64,000 bases of DNA from an uncultured Verrucomicrobiae bacterium (lineage in GTDB: Bacteria > Verrucomicrobiota > Verrucomicrobiia > Chthoniobacterales > JAFAMB01): assembly GCA_963762565.1 (NCBI GenBank), contig CAVXLD010000013.1:104721-168720 (forward strand), read 5' to 3'. Made by a program: the position numbers and the translations under genes. The notes below the pieces were generated by a model, which worked only from the letters and a program-made list of their open reading frames with translations, did not search any database and was not told the DNA's origin. This document shows positions 1-9,049 of this stretch, piece by piece (position 1 is the stretch's first letter; the number at the start of each line of letters is the position of its first letter).

Positions 1-2
1 GT

Positions 3-713
3 CCGCGCAGGACCCCGGATTCTGATCCTTGTCATCTGTACGACAACGTCTTGGTCTCGCTCGATGAGGCCCGAAACATCAATAACGGTGAACCGCGTCT
101 TTGGGCTGTGTTATTTGATTTATTAGAGATCGGCGCCGGCGCCTCGGTCGCTCATGTCGGTTCGGGGACCGGATACTACTCAGCGATTTTAGCCGAGCTA
201 GTTGGACCGTCGGGAAGAGTCACTGCGATTGAAGTCGACCCAGATTTCGCGTTACAGACGTGGGAAAATCTGACACCCTGGCCGCAGGCGAAGACGGTTG
301 CGGGCAATGGGCTCACTGATTTGCCCGCTGACGTCGATTTTATCGTAGTCAGCGCCGGCCTGACTTTTGTGCCGGTAGTGTGGCTCGATGCGCTGCGTGA
401 GGGTGGGAAATTGCTTTTGCCGTTGACTGTCACCCATGGTTGGGGTGAGACCTCGGAACACGCGGGGCGGTGTGTAGGCCGGTTTTTGATTATTGAACAC
501 CAACATGAAACCTGGCCGGCACGGTTCGCGACCCCAGTGGCAATTATCGACTGTTCTCAGGGACGAGACGCAGACTCGGAAGAACGGTTGCGGTCTGCGT
601 TTCTAGGTGGAGATAGCGACCAAGTTAGATCGTTACACCGTTTCCCGGATTTGCCGGATGACACCTGCTGGCTGGAAGGTGAAGAGTGGTGGCTCTCGAC
701 TTCGCTGCCCTAA
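3..713 (+). CDS. Protein-L-isoaspartate O-methyltransferase family protein, 5'-truncated by the window edge
   Basis: SAM motif HVGSGTGYYSAILAELVG; frame is open back to position 3 (DPCHLYDNVLVSLD..NNG), so the start lies upstream of the window. Confidence 0.8.
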   Translation, partial: PRRTPDSDPCHLYDNVLVSLDEARNINNGEPRLWAVLFDLLEIGAGASVAHVGSGTGYYSAILAELVGPSGRVTAIEVDPDFALQTWENLTPWPQAKTVAGNGLTDLPADVDFIVVSAGLTFVPVVWLDALREGGKLLLPLTVTHGWGETSEHAGRCVGRFLIIEHQHETWPARFATPVAIIDCSQGRDADSEERLRSAFLGGDSDQVRSLHRFPDLPDDTCWLEGEEWWLSTSLP

Positions 714-842
714 CTTGGTAGGGCGAGGCTCCAGATTGGCCGGGTTGGTTTCGCGAAGCATCTGATTACCTCGTTCGATTGGATCGTTACGCCCAAACGC
801 GCGCCAAGCCGTGGTCTATCGTGGGCCACGGTCCCTGACAAA

Positions 843-964
843 GGGAGGGCGCGCGTCCCCGCGCGCCGCGAAAGCGTTCTGGGCCGTCAGGTGTGTTCAA
901 CTTTCTCGGACGATCAGCGCGACCGGCTCCGGCGACGACGGATCGCGGGGACGCGATCCCTCCC
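843..964. repeat. REPIN-like doublet, GGGAGGG family, copy 1
   Basis: GGGAGGGCGCGCGTCCCCGCGCGCCG ... CGGATCGCGGGGACGCGATCCCTCCC; further copies at 13663-13783 and 21415-21536. Confidence 0.85.
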
Positions 965-993
965 CGGTGCGGCGTCCGTGGTGACCCGCCCCC

Positions 994-1893
994 CTATTTC
1001 TCAATCAAATCGACCATCGAGGCGGCGCTGGTTTGTATCGAACTCACCTGAGGCGCCGAAAGCACATCGTTGTCTTTGAAAATCCCTCGCACCGTCTGGA
1101 GCTGAGCCGTGATTTTTTGGATCAGTTCGCTGCGTTTGAGGCGAGGGGATAACGTATTAAGGCGATCGAGATAATAGTCGAGAAGTTCAATGTTCCGCAG
1201 AGTCTTGGCTCTTTCCGGCGAATAATCTGCCGCTACACTGGCGGCAGCGATTTGCAGTCCTCGGATCCAGCCGCCCAAACTCAGCAGGTGCACAATGGGC
1301 TCGTCACGGAGTTCGAGTAAGGCCCTTTCCACGTCTTCTTGGGTGACAATCAATTCTTTTCGAAGACGATCCCAATCATTCTGTTTAGCCAGGTCCAGAA
1401 GCTTACGGCTATGCCGGCTTACGCGCTCCTCGACGCCCAAAACTTTCGCCCGTCGAATTAACTCACGACCAAGAGATTCGATGTCCTTGCTTTGCTCTGC
1501 TTCGACATCGAGAAAACCGTCTCCGATCAAAACCCCAAAACTTAATGCATACTTTGAGCGGTCAGCGGTGCTGAGCTCGGTCACCGGCCGGACCAGAGCA
1601 TTGATGGGGATCGGTTTCAGAGAGTCCAGCGTGTTAAACAATTTCTCGATGGACGGTGCCGTGAATTCATTTACACCGAGTTCTTCGCGATAGTCCTGAT
1701 CCTTAGACAAGTCATCGGGTGTGTTCTGCGCGGAAAGCGTCGCCGTAAAAACGATCAGGGGTGCGGAAGCGAGGAAAAACGAGCGTGAACGCCGTGAGCG
1801 CCGGCTTGTCCGACGAAGCCGCTCTCGGGCCTCGTTTGGCTGCTCGAGAACTGGCGGACTCGGAGAACGCCATGAACTTACAATCGGGTGCAC
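994..1893 (-). CDS. Hypothetical secreted helical protein (start uncertain)
   Basis: 299 aa ORF; signal-like segment FFLASAPLIVFTATLSAQ followed by a helical domain. Confidence 0.65.
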   Translation of the reverse strand: MHPIVSSWRSPSPPVLEQPNEARERLRRTSRRSRRSRSFFLASAPLIVFTATLSAQNTPDDLSKDQDYREELGVNEFTAPSIEKLFNTLDSLKPIPINALVRPVTELSTADRSKYALSFGVLIGDGFLDVEAEQSKDIESLGRELIRRAKVLGVEERVSRHSRKLLDLAKQNDWDRLRKELIVTQEDVERALLELRDEPIVHLLSLGGWIRGLQIAAASVAADYSPERAKTLRNIELLDYYLDRLNTLSPRLKRSELIQKITAQLQTVRGIFKDNDVLSAPQVSSIQTSAASMVDLIEK

Positions 1894-2197
1894 GTGTAAC
1901 CTATTATCCCAGGGCTTCGCGGTTCACCAGTCAGCATTTTCGGAGCTCCGCCTGCAACGCTTCGCGTAGCGATGCGGGCGTGGCGCCTTAGGCTCGCTCC
2001 GCATAACCGATAGCCAATAGCCAACGTGCAGGTGACCGGCTGAACAAGCGTTCGGTTGCGTGGACCTGGCTATTGGCTATTGGCTATCGATGATTCCAAC
2101 GCTGCAGGCGACTTCGCTGTTTCCACTTGACGCTCAGGGCCAAAGGCTCATCATGTCGCGGGTATCGGTTCGTTGCTAACCCTTTGATGCTCTTGGC

Positions 2198-3694
2198 ATG
2201 CACGGAAATGTCGGAATGCTCGCATGGACGTTTTGTTACATTGTTGTTCTCCTCGGCCTTTCTTTTTATGGCCTCCACCGATACTTCATCATCTATCTGT
2301 ATTTTCGGTATCGGAAGCGGAACCTGAAACCACATGGCCGCTTTGCAGAACTGCCGATGGTGACAGTTCAGCTTCCCATATTTAACGAGCGCTATGTGCT
2401 TGAACGGCTGCTGCGAGCCGTCAGCCGGATCGACTATCCGAAGGAAAAGCTGCAGATCCAAGTTCTCGACGATTCAACGGACGAGACCAGAGACATTGCG
2501 GTCCGGGAAACGGAACGGCTGCGTCAGGCAGGGTTTGACGCGGTCTGTTTGAGGCGAGAGGGACGAGTCGGGTTCAAGGCCGGTGCGTTGGATGCCGGGT
2601 TGAACCAGGCGCGAGGCGAGTTTTTCTTGATCCTCGATGCCGATTTTGTACCGCCGCCCGAGATTCTCTCGGAGACCATTCATTATTTCACCGACTGCCG
2701 GGTTGGAATGATTCAAACTCGATGGCAGCATCTTAATCGGTCCTATTCTTGGCTGACGCGGGCGCAGGCGATCCTGCTGGATGGCCACCTGGTTCTCGAA
2801 CAAACTGCGCGCAGCTCGACCGGTCGATTCTTCAATTTCAATGGCACAGCTGGTCTCTGGCGAAAGAGCTGCATCGAAGAAGCCGGCGGGTGGCAACACG
2901 ATACGTTAACCGAGGATCTGGATCTGAGCTATCGCGCCCAGCTCACGGGATGGCGCTTCGTGTTTCTGGTCGATGTCGTCACTCCGGCGGAACTGCCCGT
3001 TGAAATGAGCGCCTTTAAAACCCAACAACATCGTTGGACGAAAGGCTCGATCCAGACCTGTAAAAAGTTGTTGCCCCGTATCTGGACCAGCCGTTTACCG
3101 CTGTGGATTAGGGCAGAAGCGACGATTCATTTAACGTCGAATTTTACTTATTTGTTACTGGCCTTGCTTTGTGTGCTGCTGCAGCCGTCGCCAATCGGTC
3201 CTTTTGGAATCGGCGGTTGGTGGAGGGTCTGTCTCATCGATATTCCCATTCTGGCTGCCAATACTTTTGCCGCCGCCGCGTTTTATCTGGTCGCTCAGCG
3301 AGAGTTGCACCCGCAGCGTTGGTATCGCGATATTTTCTTTTTTCCTTTCGTTCTGGCGCTAGGAATTGGCATCTCGGTCAACAACGCTCGCGCCGTTCTA
3401 GAAGCGGTTTTCAATCATCGATCCGCCTTCAATCGCACGCCGAAATACGGGATTGAGGAGAACACAAAAAAAGCTCCCTTGTTCAGTTATTCCGCGTTTA
3501 AAGCTGTACTTCCGTTTGGAGAATTGCTATTTGCGATTTATTTTGCGCGCTTTATAATCACTGCCTTTGTAGCCAAAGAATACCTATCACTTCCTTTCTT
3601 GATGTTATTTCAAATTGGTTTTACATATGTCGCGTTCTGTTCCATTGGGGATCGCGTTAGAAGATGGCCCGGTAAACAGGTTCCTGTTCGCTAA
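2198..3694 (+). CDS. Membrane glycosyltransferase family 2 (cellulose synthase-like)
   Basis: DDSTD, DADF, TED and QQHRW (QxxRW) motifs; N- and C-terminal TM helices. Confidence 0.9.
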   Translation: MHGNVGMLAWTFCYIVVLLGLSFYGLHRYFIIYLYFRYRKRNLKPHGRFAELPMVTVQLPIFNERYVLERLLRAVSRIDYPKEKLQIQVLDDSTDETRDIAVRETERLRQAGFDAVCLRREGRVGFKAGALDAGLNQARGEFFLILDADFVPPPEILSETIHYFTDCRVGMIQTRWQHLNRSYSWLTRAQAILLDGHLVLEQTARSSTGRFFNFNGTAGLWRKSCIEEAGGWQHDTLTEDLDLSYRAQLTGWRFVFLVDVVTPAELPVEMSAFKTQQHRWTKGSIQTCKKLLPRIWTSRLPLWIRAEATIHLTSNFTYLLLALLCVLLQPSPIGPFGIGGWWRVCLIDIPILAANTFAAAAFYLVAQRELHPQRWYRDIFFFPFVLALGIGISVNNARAVLEAVFNHRSAFNRTPKYGIEENTKKAPLFSYSAFKAVLPFGELLFAIYFARFIITAFVAKEYLSLPFLMLFQIGFTYVAFCSIGDRVRRWPGKQVPVR

Positions 3695-4717
3695 ATGAGA
3701 CCCGCCGCACATATTGAGCTCCTTGTTGGCAGTTTGAGTCTGCTAATTGTCGTTCCCGCAGTCAGCGCCAGTGAAACAGCTTCACCTTCGGCTTCACCAG
3801 CTCAGACCTCATCCGCTGTGTCCACGTATGCTCGGACCTATTACGCTCACTCCGCAGCGTCGCCGAGTCCTGCGGCGTCGCCCGCCCGGTCAATCGTAAC
3901 TTATGTGCCGCCGGCCGCACCGACCGTTCAATTGGTTGTGAGCGTTGCGGACCAAAAGCTCGCCGTGGTGGTCAATGGGAAGGTTTATAAAGACTATCGT
4001 ATTTCAACGTCGCGATACGGTGAGGGTGATAATTGGGGGAGTTGGCGGACGCCCACGGGCGTGCTTCAGATCGCCGGCAAGATCGGTGCTTCGGCCCCAT
4101 CCGGCGCTGTTTTCCATGACCGGCAGGTAACCGGAGAGGTGTTGCCGGCCAATGCTCCCGGGCGAGATCCAATCGTTAGCCGCATCATCTGGTTACGCGG
4201 TTTAGAGGAAGCAAATCGAAACGCCTACAAGCGGTGTATCTATATTCACGGCACACCTCAGGAAGACTTTCTTGGCCGCAAGGCAAGTTTTGGTTGTATC
4301 CGGATGCGATCTGCCGATGTGATCGAAGTTTTTAATTGGGTCAGCATCGGTACACCGGTGGCGATCCTGGAAGACCCGTTGGGAAGGGCAGTCAAAGAAG
4401 CGGATAGGGAAACAGTAAATTTGCTGGCTCAAAACTCGCCGCTGCCGGGTCGGAATGTACCGGCTGCCAAGACCGTGCCGCCAGCGACTATCGCGGCCAA
4501 AATGAACGTAGCAGCAACGGCGAAAGTCACCGAGGTGGCTAAGGCGGCCGAAATGGCGAAGGCCGATGCTCCCAAGGCACCCGACGCTCCCAAAGCGAAC
4601 GACTCAGCCAAAGTCACAGATTACCGTATCCCGTCCCCGGTCATTCAGGCCCAACGGGTTGGTCCCCCCGATCCGGTCATGACGGCCGGTCATAAGAACG
4701 CCACGGCTGCAAATTAA
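3695..4717 (+). CDS. L,D-transpeptidase (YkuD family) with Ala/Lys/Pro-rich tail
   Basis: TPTG and IYIHGT...SFGCIRM catalytic motifs; signal peptide; abuts the GT2 stop. Confidence 0.88.
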   Translation: MRPAAHIELLVGSLSLLIVVPAVSASETASPSASPAQTSSAVSTYARTYYAHSAASPSPAASPARSIVTYVPPAAPTVQLVVSVADQKLAVVVNGKVYKDYRISTSRYGEGDNWGSWRTPTGVLQIAGKIGASAPSGAVFHDRQVTGEVLPANAPGRDPIVSRIIWLRGLEEANRNAYKRCIYIHGTPQEDFLGRKASFGCIRMRSADVIEVFNWVSIGTPVAILEDPLGRAVKEADRETVNLLAQNSPLPGRNVPAAKTVPPATIAAKMNVAATAKVTEVAKAAEMAKADAPKAPDAPKANDSAKVTDYRIPSPVIQAQRVGPPDPVMTAGHKNATAAN

Positions 4718-4748
4718 GCAGGGCTTATCTTCGCCCCCCCTGATTCCC

Positions 4749-4834
4749 GGAGGGGAGCCGCCTGCCCGTCCCGAAGTCTTTCGGTGGCTAAGAATACCAA
4801 TAGACCTTGCCGACCTACAAAGCGGCTCCCCTCC
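4749..4834. repeat. REPIN-like doublet, GGAGGGGAGCCGC family
   Basis: GGAGGGGAGCCGC ... GCGGCTCCCCTCC; family also near 8764, 17499, 27240-27449 and 32179-32389. Confidence 0.75.
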
Positions 4835-4896
4835 GGAGCCCTGCGAAGCGAATCCGCCGAGGTGAACGCAAATTCGGACTAGCCGCACTACGCCGA

Positions 4897-5065
4897 TACT
4901 CCAGTTCTCCATCACTCCGCTCCAACGGATTCGAGGACAGCCTGTCCGACGAAGCGCGCGCTCTATGTTGCCCGCCGCTCGAAGTCGGCCTCGCAAGCGA
5001 GGCGCGCTCCACAACCAGGCGTTGGCGAAGTCGGAAGGACGACGACGAGGACGAGGACGAAGCCC
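4897..5065. repeat. Nested composite repeat (~165 bp), copy 1
   Basis: Closely similar to 41045-41206; shorter 'empty' form at 42843-42906 in reverse orientation. Confidence 0.8.
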
Positions 5066-5196
5066 CTGGTGCCGCCGCCTTACCTCTCACTTCTCGCCTC
5101 TCACCAATCACTAATCACCCCCTTTTTGCCCCCTCTCCCAGGGAGGTTCCTCCCAGCCCAGAATATCTTGCGCTTTAAGTCGTTTTTTCTTTACGA

Positions 5197-5212
5197 ACAC
5201 AACATATAGTGT
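5197..5212. promoter_or_regulatory. NrdR box upstream of nrdJ; weaker candidates at 5158-5173, 5229-5244 and 5270-5285
   Basis: ACACAACATATAGTGT matches the NrdR consensus acaCwAtATaTwGtgt and lies upstream of an RNR gene. Confidence 0.85.
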
Positions 5213-5350
5213 TCATATTGGAGACGCTGCTCTACAGGCTGGGGTTATCATCAAATAATCACCAATTGGGCACAGGATATTGACCGTGCAGGACAGAGTT
5301 ATTGACAACTTGTGAGCAGATAAAAAATAAACCCCCTAGCAAGTACTGCG

Positions 5351-8300
5351 ATGATCAAATTAAAGTCAGGTGTGCATGCCAGCGATTTCAAGGTGCGAGG
5401 GCGCGGATCGCGTTCGGCACGGCAAAAGGGACTGACCTTTCAGAGAGTCTTCAGCACAAAAGGAAAGGCTCCTCTGGATGACGTCGAATGGGAACGACGG
5501 ACGGCGGAAATCACTGATGACAGCGGCAAGGTGATCTTCCGGCAAGAGGACGTGGAGGTGCCGAAAAACTGGAGTCCTTTGGCGACCAAGATTGCGGTCT
5601 CGAAGTACTTTTATGGTGATATCGCGCACGGAACCGATCCGCTTAAGGGAGGCCGGGAAAACTCGGTTCGGCAGCTCATCCATCGTGTGACCAGAACGAT
5701 CACGGATTGGGGCGTGCAGGATGGCTACTTTTCCAGCAACCAGGCGGCAGAAACCTTTTACGATGAATTGACCTGGCTATGCGTGAACCAGCATGGAGCT
5801 TTCAACAGTCCCGTCTGGTTCAACGTCGGGCTTTATCAACAGTACGGCATCGGCAAAGGCTCCGGGCAGGGCAACTTCTATTTCAATCCAGAGGTTGGTC
5901 AGGCCGAAAGAGCGGCGACTCAATATGAGCATCCACAGGCATCGGCGTGCTTCATCCAAGCGGTGGATGACACGATGGAAGACATCATGCGCCTGGCCAC
6001 AAGCGAGGCGATGCTTTTTAAATACGGAAGCGGCACCGGCAGCGACCTGTCGACTTTGCGTAGTACTCGAGAAAAACTGAGCGGCGGTGGACGTCCGAGT
6101 GGGCCGCTTTCATTCCTGAAGGTTTACGACCAGGTAGCCAACGTTGTGAAGAGTGGTGGCAAAACTCGGCGTGCGGCCAAGATGAACACGCTCAAAGATT
6201 GGCATCCGGACATCGAGGAGTTCATCGAGGCCAAGACGAAGGAAGAGAAGAAAGCCTGGGCGCTGATCGAGCAAGGCTATGACGGCAGTTACAACGGGGA
6301 TGCCTATGGCTCGATCATGTACCAGAACGAGAACCTGTCGATCCGGGTCAGCGACGAGTTCATGCAGGCGGCGATCGATGGTAAAGAATGGTGGACCCGA
6401 CGTGTCTTAGACGGCAAGCCTTGCGAACAGAAGGAGGCCAGAACCTTGCTGCGGAAGATCGCAGAAGGCACGCATGTGTGTGGCGATCCGGGAATGCAAT
6501 TCGATTCCACGATCCATCGTTGGCACACCTGCAAAGGAACCGGCCGGCAGAACTCCACCAACCCATGCTCGGAGTATCTTTTCCTGGATAATACTGCGTG
6601 CAATCTGGCGTCGCTAAACCTGATGAAGTTCAAGGCGCCGGATGGGAGCTTCGATGTCGAAAAGTTTAAGGCGGCAGTCCGGATCTACATCACGGCGCAA
6701 GAGATTCTGGTGGACAACGCTAGCTATCCAACCAAAGAGATCGCGGAGAATAGCCATATCTTCCGGACATTGGGGTTAGGGTTCGCGAATCTGGGAGCGC
6801 TGGTGATGAGTTACGGCCTGGGGTATGACAGCGATGGAGCACGAGCTCTGGCAGGTTCAATCACTGCGATCATGACCGGGCAAGCCTACGCGCACAGTGC
6901 CCGGATTGCCGAAGTCATTGGAACGTTCCCCGGTTATCACGATGCGCGTGCGACCGGAGTGCCGAACCCGGTGGCTAAGGATAACGTGGAACCAATGCTT
7001 GAGGTTATTCGCCTGCACCGGGAATACTGTGATCGAATTCAAAGCTCAATCGAGTTTGCGGACTTGAAAGCCGAAGCGATCAAGGCATGGAATGACGCCT
7101 TGAGTCTAGGAGAGAAATCTGGGTTCAGGAATGCGCAGGTCAGTGTGCTAGCGCCAACGGGAACGATCGGGTTCTTGATGGACTGCGATACCACAGGGAT
7201 CGAGCCGGATATCGCCTTGGTGAAATACAAGCTGCTAGCCGGCGGCGGTATGTTGAAGATCGTGAACCAAACGGTGCGACCGGCATTAGAAAAGCTGGCC
7301 TATACCGAGAGCGCGATTGAAGGCATTCTCGCGCATATCAATGAGCATGACACCATCGAGGATGTGGTCATTCCAGAAACGAACCAGGTAATTGCCAGCG
7401 GGCTTAAGGTCGTCGCCAGCGGGCATCAGGTCGTCGCCAGCGGGCTTAAGCCCGAACATTTACCAATCTTCGATTGCGCCTTTAAGCCGTTCAAGGGCAA
7501 GCGAAGTCTGCACTATCTTGGACACCTGCGGATGATGGCGGCATGCCAACCGTTCTTAAGCGGCGCGATTTCGAAAACCGTGAATCTTCCGAACGAGGCC
7601 ACGATCGAAGACATCACGGAAACCTACATCGAAGGATGGCGATTAGGATTAAAAGCGATCGCGATCTATCGAGACGGTTCCAAACGTTCCGCGCCGCTGA
7701 ATACCAAGAAGACCAAGGACATGGGCGGCGAGCAGCCCTCCGCCGAGCAGGTATCGGAAGAGACAAAACGTTTGCTAGGCCGGATCGGCGAGCTCGAACG
7801 CGAGGTATCGACTTTACAACAGCCTTCTCGCCACCGGATGCCAGACACGCGGGTGTCATTGACCCATAAGTTTGAGATTGCGGGTCATGAAGGTTACATC
7901 ACGGTTGGTCTATACGAGAACCAACAACCCGGCGAGCTCTTCATCCAAATGGCAAAGGAAGGGAGCACGATTGGCGGGTTGATGGATACCGTGGCGACAT
8001 TGACATCACTAGCGCTGCAGTACGGGGTTCCGTTAGAGAGCCTGGTCAAAAAGTTCGCCTATCAGCGGTTCGAGCCGAGCGGTTTTACCAAGAACCCCGA
8101 TATCCGGAACGCGACCAGTATTACGGATTACGTTTTCCGATGGTTAGGTTGCCAGTTTATCAAGGGCTATAAGGAAGCAATCTCACCGAACCGTACCCAA
8201 CCGGACCTGCCGATGCGCGAGATTAGCGATATCGAGAAAAAGGCGGTAAACCGGCCGGTGGCAGAATTGCCCAGAACGGCGGAGAAAGAGATTATCGACG

Positions 8301-8503
8301 TAATCACCAATCGGACAAATTCGGATGGACTGCCGATCCGAGCGAGCAACGGCCACGCCCATTCGCATGCGGAGCGAGTGCGCGAGGCGCTAGGTAACAT
8401 GTATATGGATGTTACCTGTACTCACTGCGGAAGTTCGAAGGTGATTCGGGCCGGTGCTTGTGGTGTGTGTACCGAGTGTGGGACGTCGCAAGGTTGTAGT
8501 TAA
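5351..8503 (+). CDS. nrdJ: Vitamin B12-dependent (class II) ribonucleotide reductase
   Basis: FNSPVWFN, SACFI, TNPCSEY and APTGTI motifs; C-terminal TSCPD-like domain and Cys4 Zn ribbon (CTHC...CTEC). Confidence 0.95.
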   Translation: MIKLKSGVHASDFKVRGRGSRSARQKGLTFQRVFSTKGKAPLDDVEWERRTAEITDDSGKVIFRQEDVEVPKNWSPLATKIAVSKYFYGDIAHGTDPLKGGRENSVRQLIHRVTRTITDWGVQDGYFSSNQAAETFYDELTWLCVNQHGAFNSPVWFNVGLYQQYGIGKGSGQGNFYFNPEVGQAERAATQYEHPQASACFIQAVDDTMEDIMRLATSEAMLFKYGSGTGSDLSTLRSTREKLSGGGRPSGPLSFLKVYDQVANVVKSGGKTRRAAKMNTLKDWHPDIEEFIEAKTKEEKKAWALIEQGYDGSYNGDAYGSIMYQNENLSIRVSDEFMQAAIDGKEWWTRRVLDGKPCEQKEARTLLRKIAEGTHVCGDPGMQFDSTIHRWHTCKGTGRQNSTNPCSEYLFLDNTACNLASLNLMKFKAPDGSFDVEKFKAAVRIYITAQEILVDNASYPTKEIAENSHIFRTLGLGFANLGALVMSYGLGYDSDGARALAGSITAIMTGQAYAHSARIAEVIGTFPGYHDARATGVPNPVAKDNVEPMLEVIRLHREYCDRIQSSIEFADLKAEAIKAWNDALSLGEKSGFRNAQVSVLAPTGTIGFLMDCDTTGIEPDIALVKYKLLAGGGMLKIVNQTVRPALEKLAYTESAIEGILAHINEHDTIEDVVIPETNQVIASGLKVVASGHQVVASGLKPEHLPIFDCAFKPFKGKRSLHYLGHLRMMAACQPFLSGAISKTVNLPNEATIEDITETYIEGWRLGLKAIAIYRDGSKRSAPLNTKKTKDMGGEQPSAEQVSEETKRLLGRIGELEREVSTLQQPSRHRMPDTRVSLTHKFEIAGHEGYITVGLYENQQPGELFIQMAKEGSTIGGLMDTVATLTSLALQYGVPLESLVKKFAYQRFEPSGFTKNPDIRNATSITDYVFRWLGCQFIKGYKEAISPNRTQPDLPMREISDIEKKAVNRPVAELPRTAEKEIIDVITNRTNSDGLPIRASNGHAHSHAERVREALGNMYMDVTCTHCGSSKVIRAGACGVCTECGTSQGCS
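7385..7447 (+). repeat. 3 x 21 nt in-frame tandem repeat in nrdJ
   Basis: caggtaattgccagcgggctt / aaggtcgtcgccagcgggcat / caggtcgtcgccagcgggctt. Confidence 0.85.
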
Positions 8504-8525
8504 GACCGGGTGGATGAGCGCAAGC

Positions 8526-8561
8526 GTGGGCAACGACCGTCGGGTGGCGGCCGTTGCCCAC
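8526..8561 (+). terminator. Hairpin after nrdJ (possible terminator or REP)
   Basis: GTGGGCAACGACCG...CGGCCGTTGCCCAC stem; no U-tract. Confidence 0.4.
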
Positions 8562-9049
8562 CGATACAACGCCGGCAACGCGCGGGAGCGCCGGCATCGC
8601 CGGCAACGATGCGCTTACCGGCATTGGGTGATCTTGGGTAAATCGCTATTGCGTTATCTTAACGGGAACGGGCGATATCGCGGTTAAAGCTCGAGCACGT
8701 TCTCCGCATTCATTGTCGGGGTTGACGCGCGGCATTGGTCTATAATTGTCGCACACCCGAACCGGAGGGGAGCCGCATTCCGCTGTACCAAACCGAGGGC
8801 GAGCTGTTCCAGACATGGCGTGCTTGGTCCGATGCACGTTTTAGCTGCGGCTCCCTTAAGCGCGTGACGGGGCCCATCGACGTGGAACCCTAGCAGGCCT
8901 GGTACGGTTCTCAGGGCGTCGCAGTTGTGGCGCACGAAAATCGTTGCACTCGATTTAAGATCCGGGAAACCCTCGACACAGCACGCCAAATGCAACGCCC
9001 CTCCGCAAGGGCTTCGGGACCGCGTTGGAATGACAGGCGCGCCAGGTTT

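Noticed and set aside
5230..5350. Cobalamin riboswitch before the B12-dependent nrdJ
   Set aside because: No B12-box elements (GGGAA..GGTG, GCCACTG) are visible; NrdR boxes explain the region
5351..8503. Intein or intron in nrdJ
   Set aside because: Continuous RNR motifs; no C/S...HN splice signature or endonuclease insert; the only insertion is the short heptapeptide repeat
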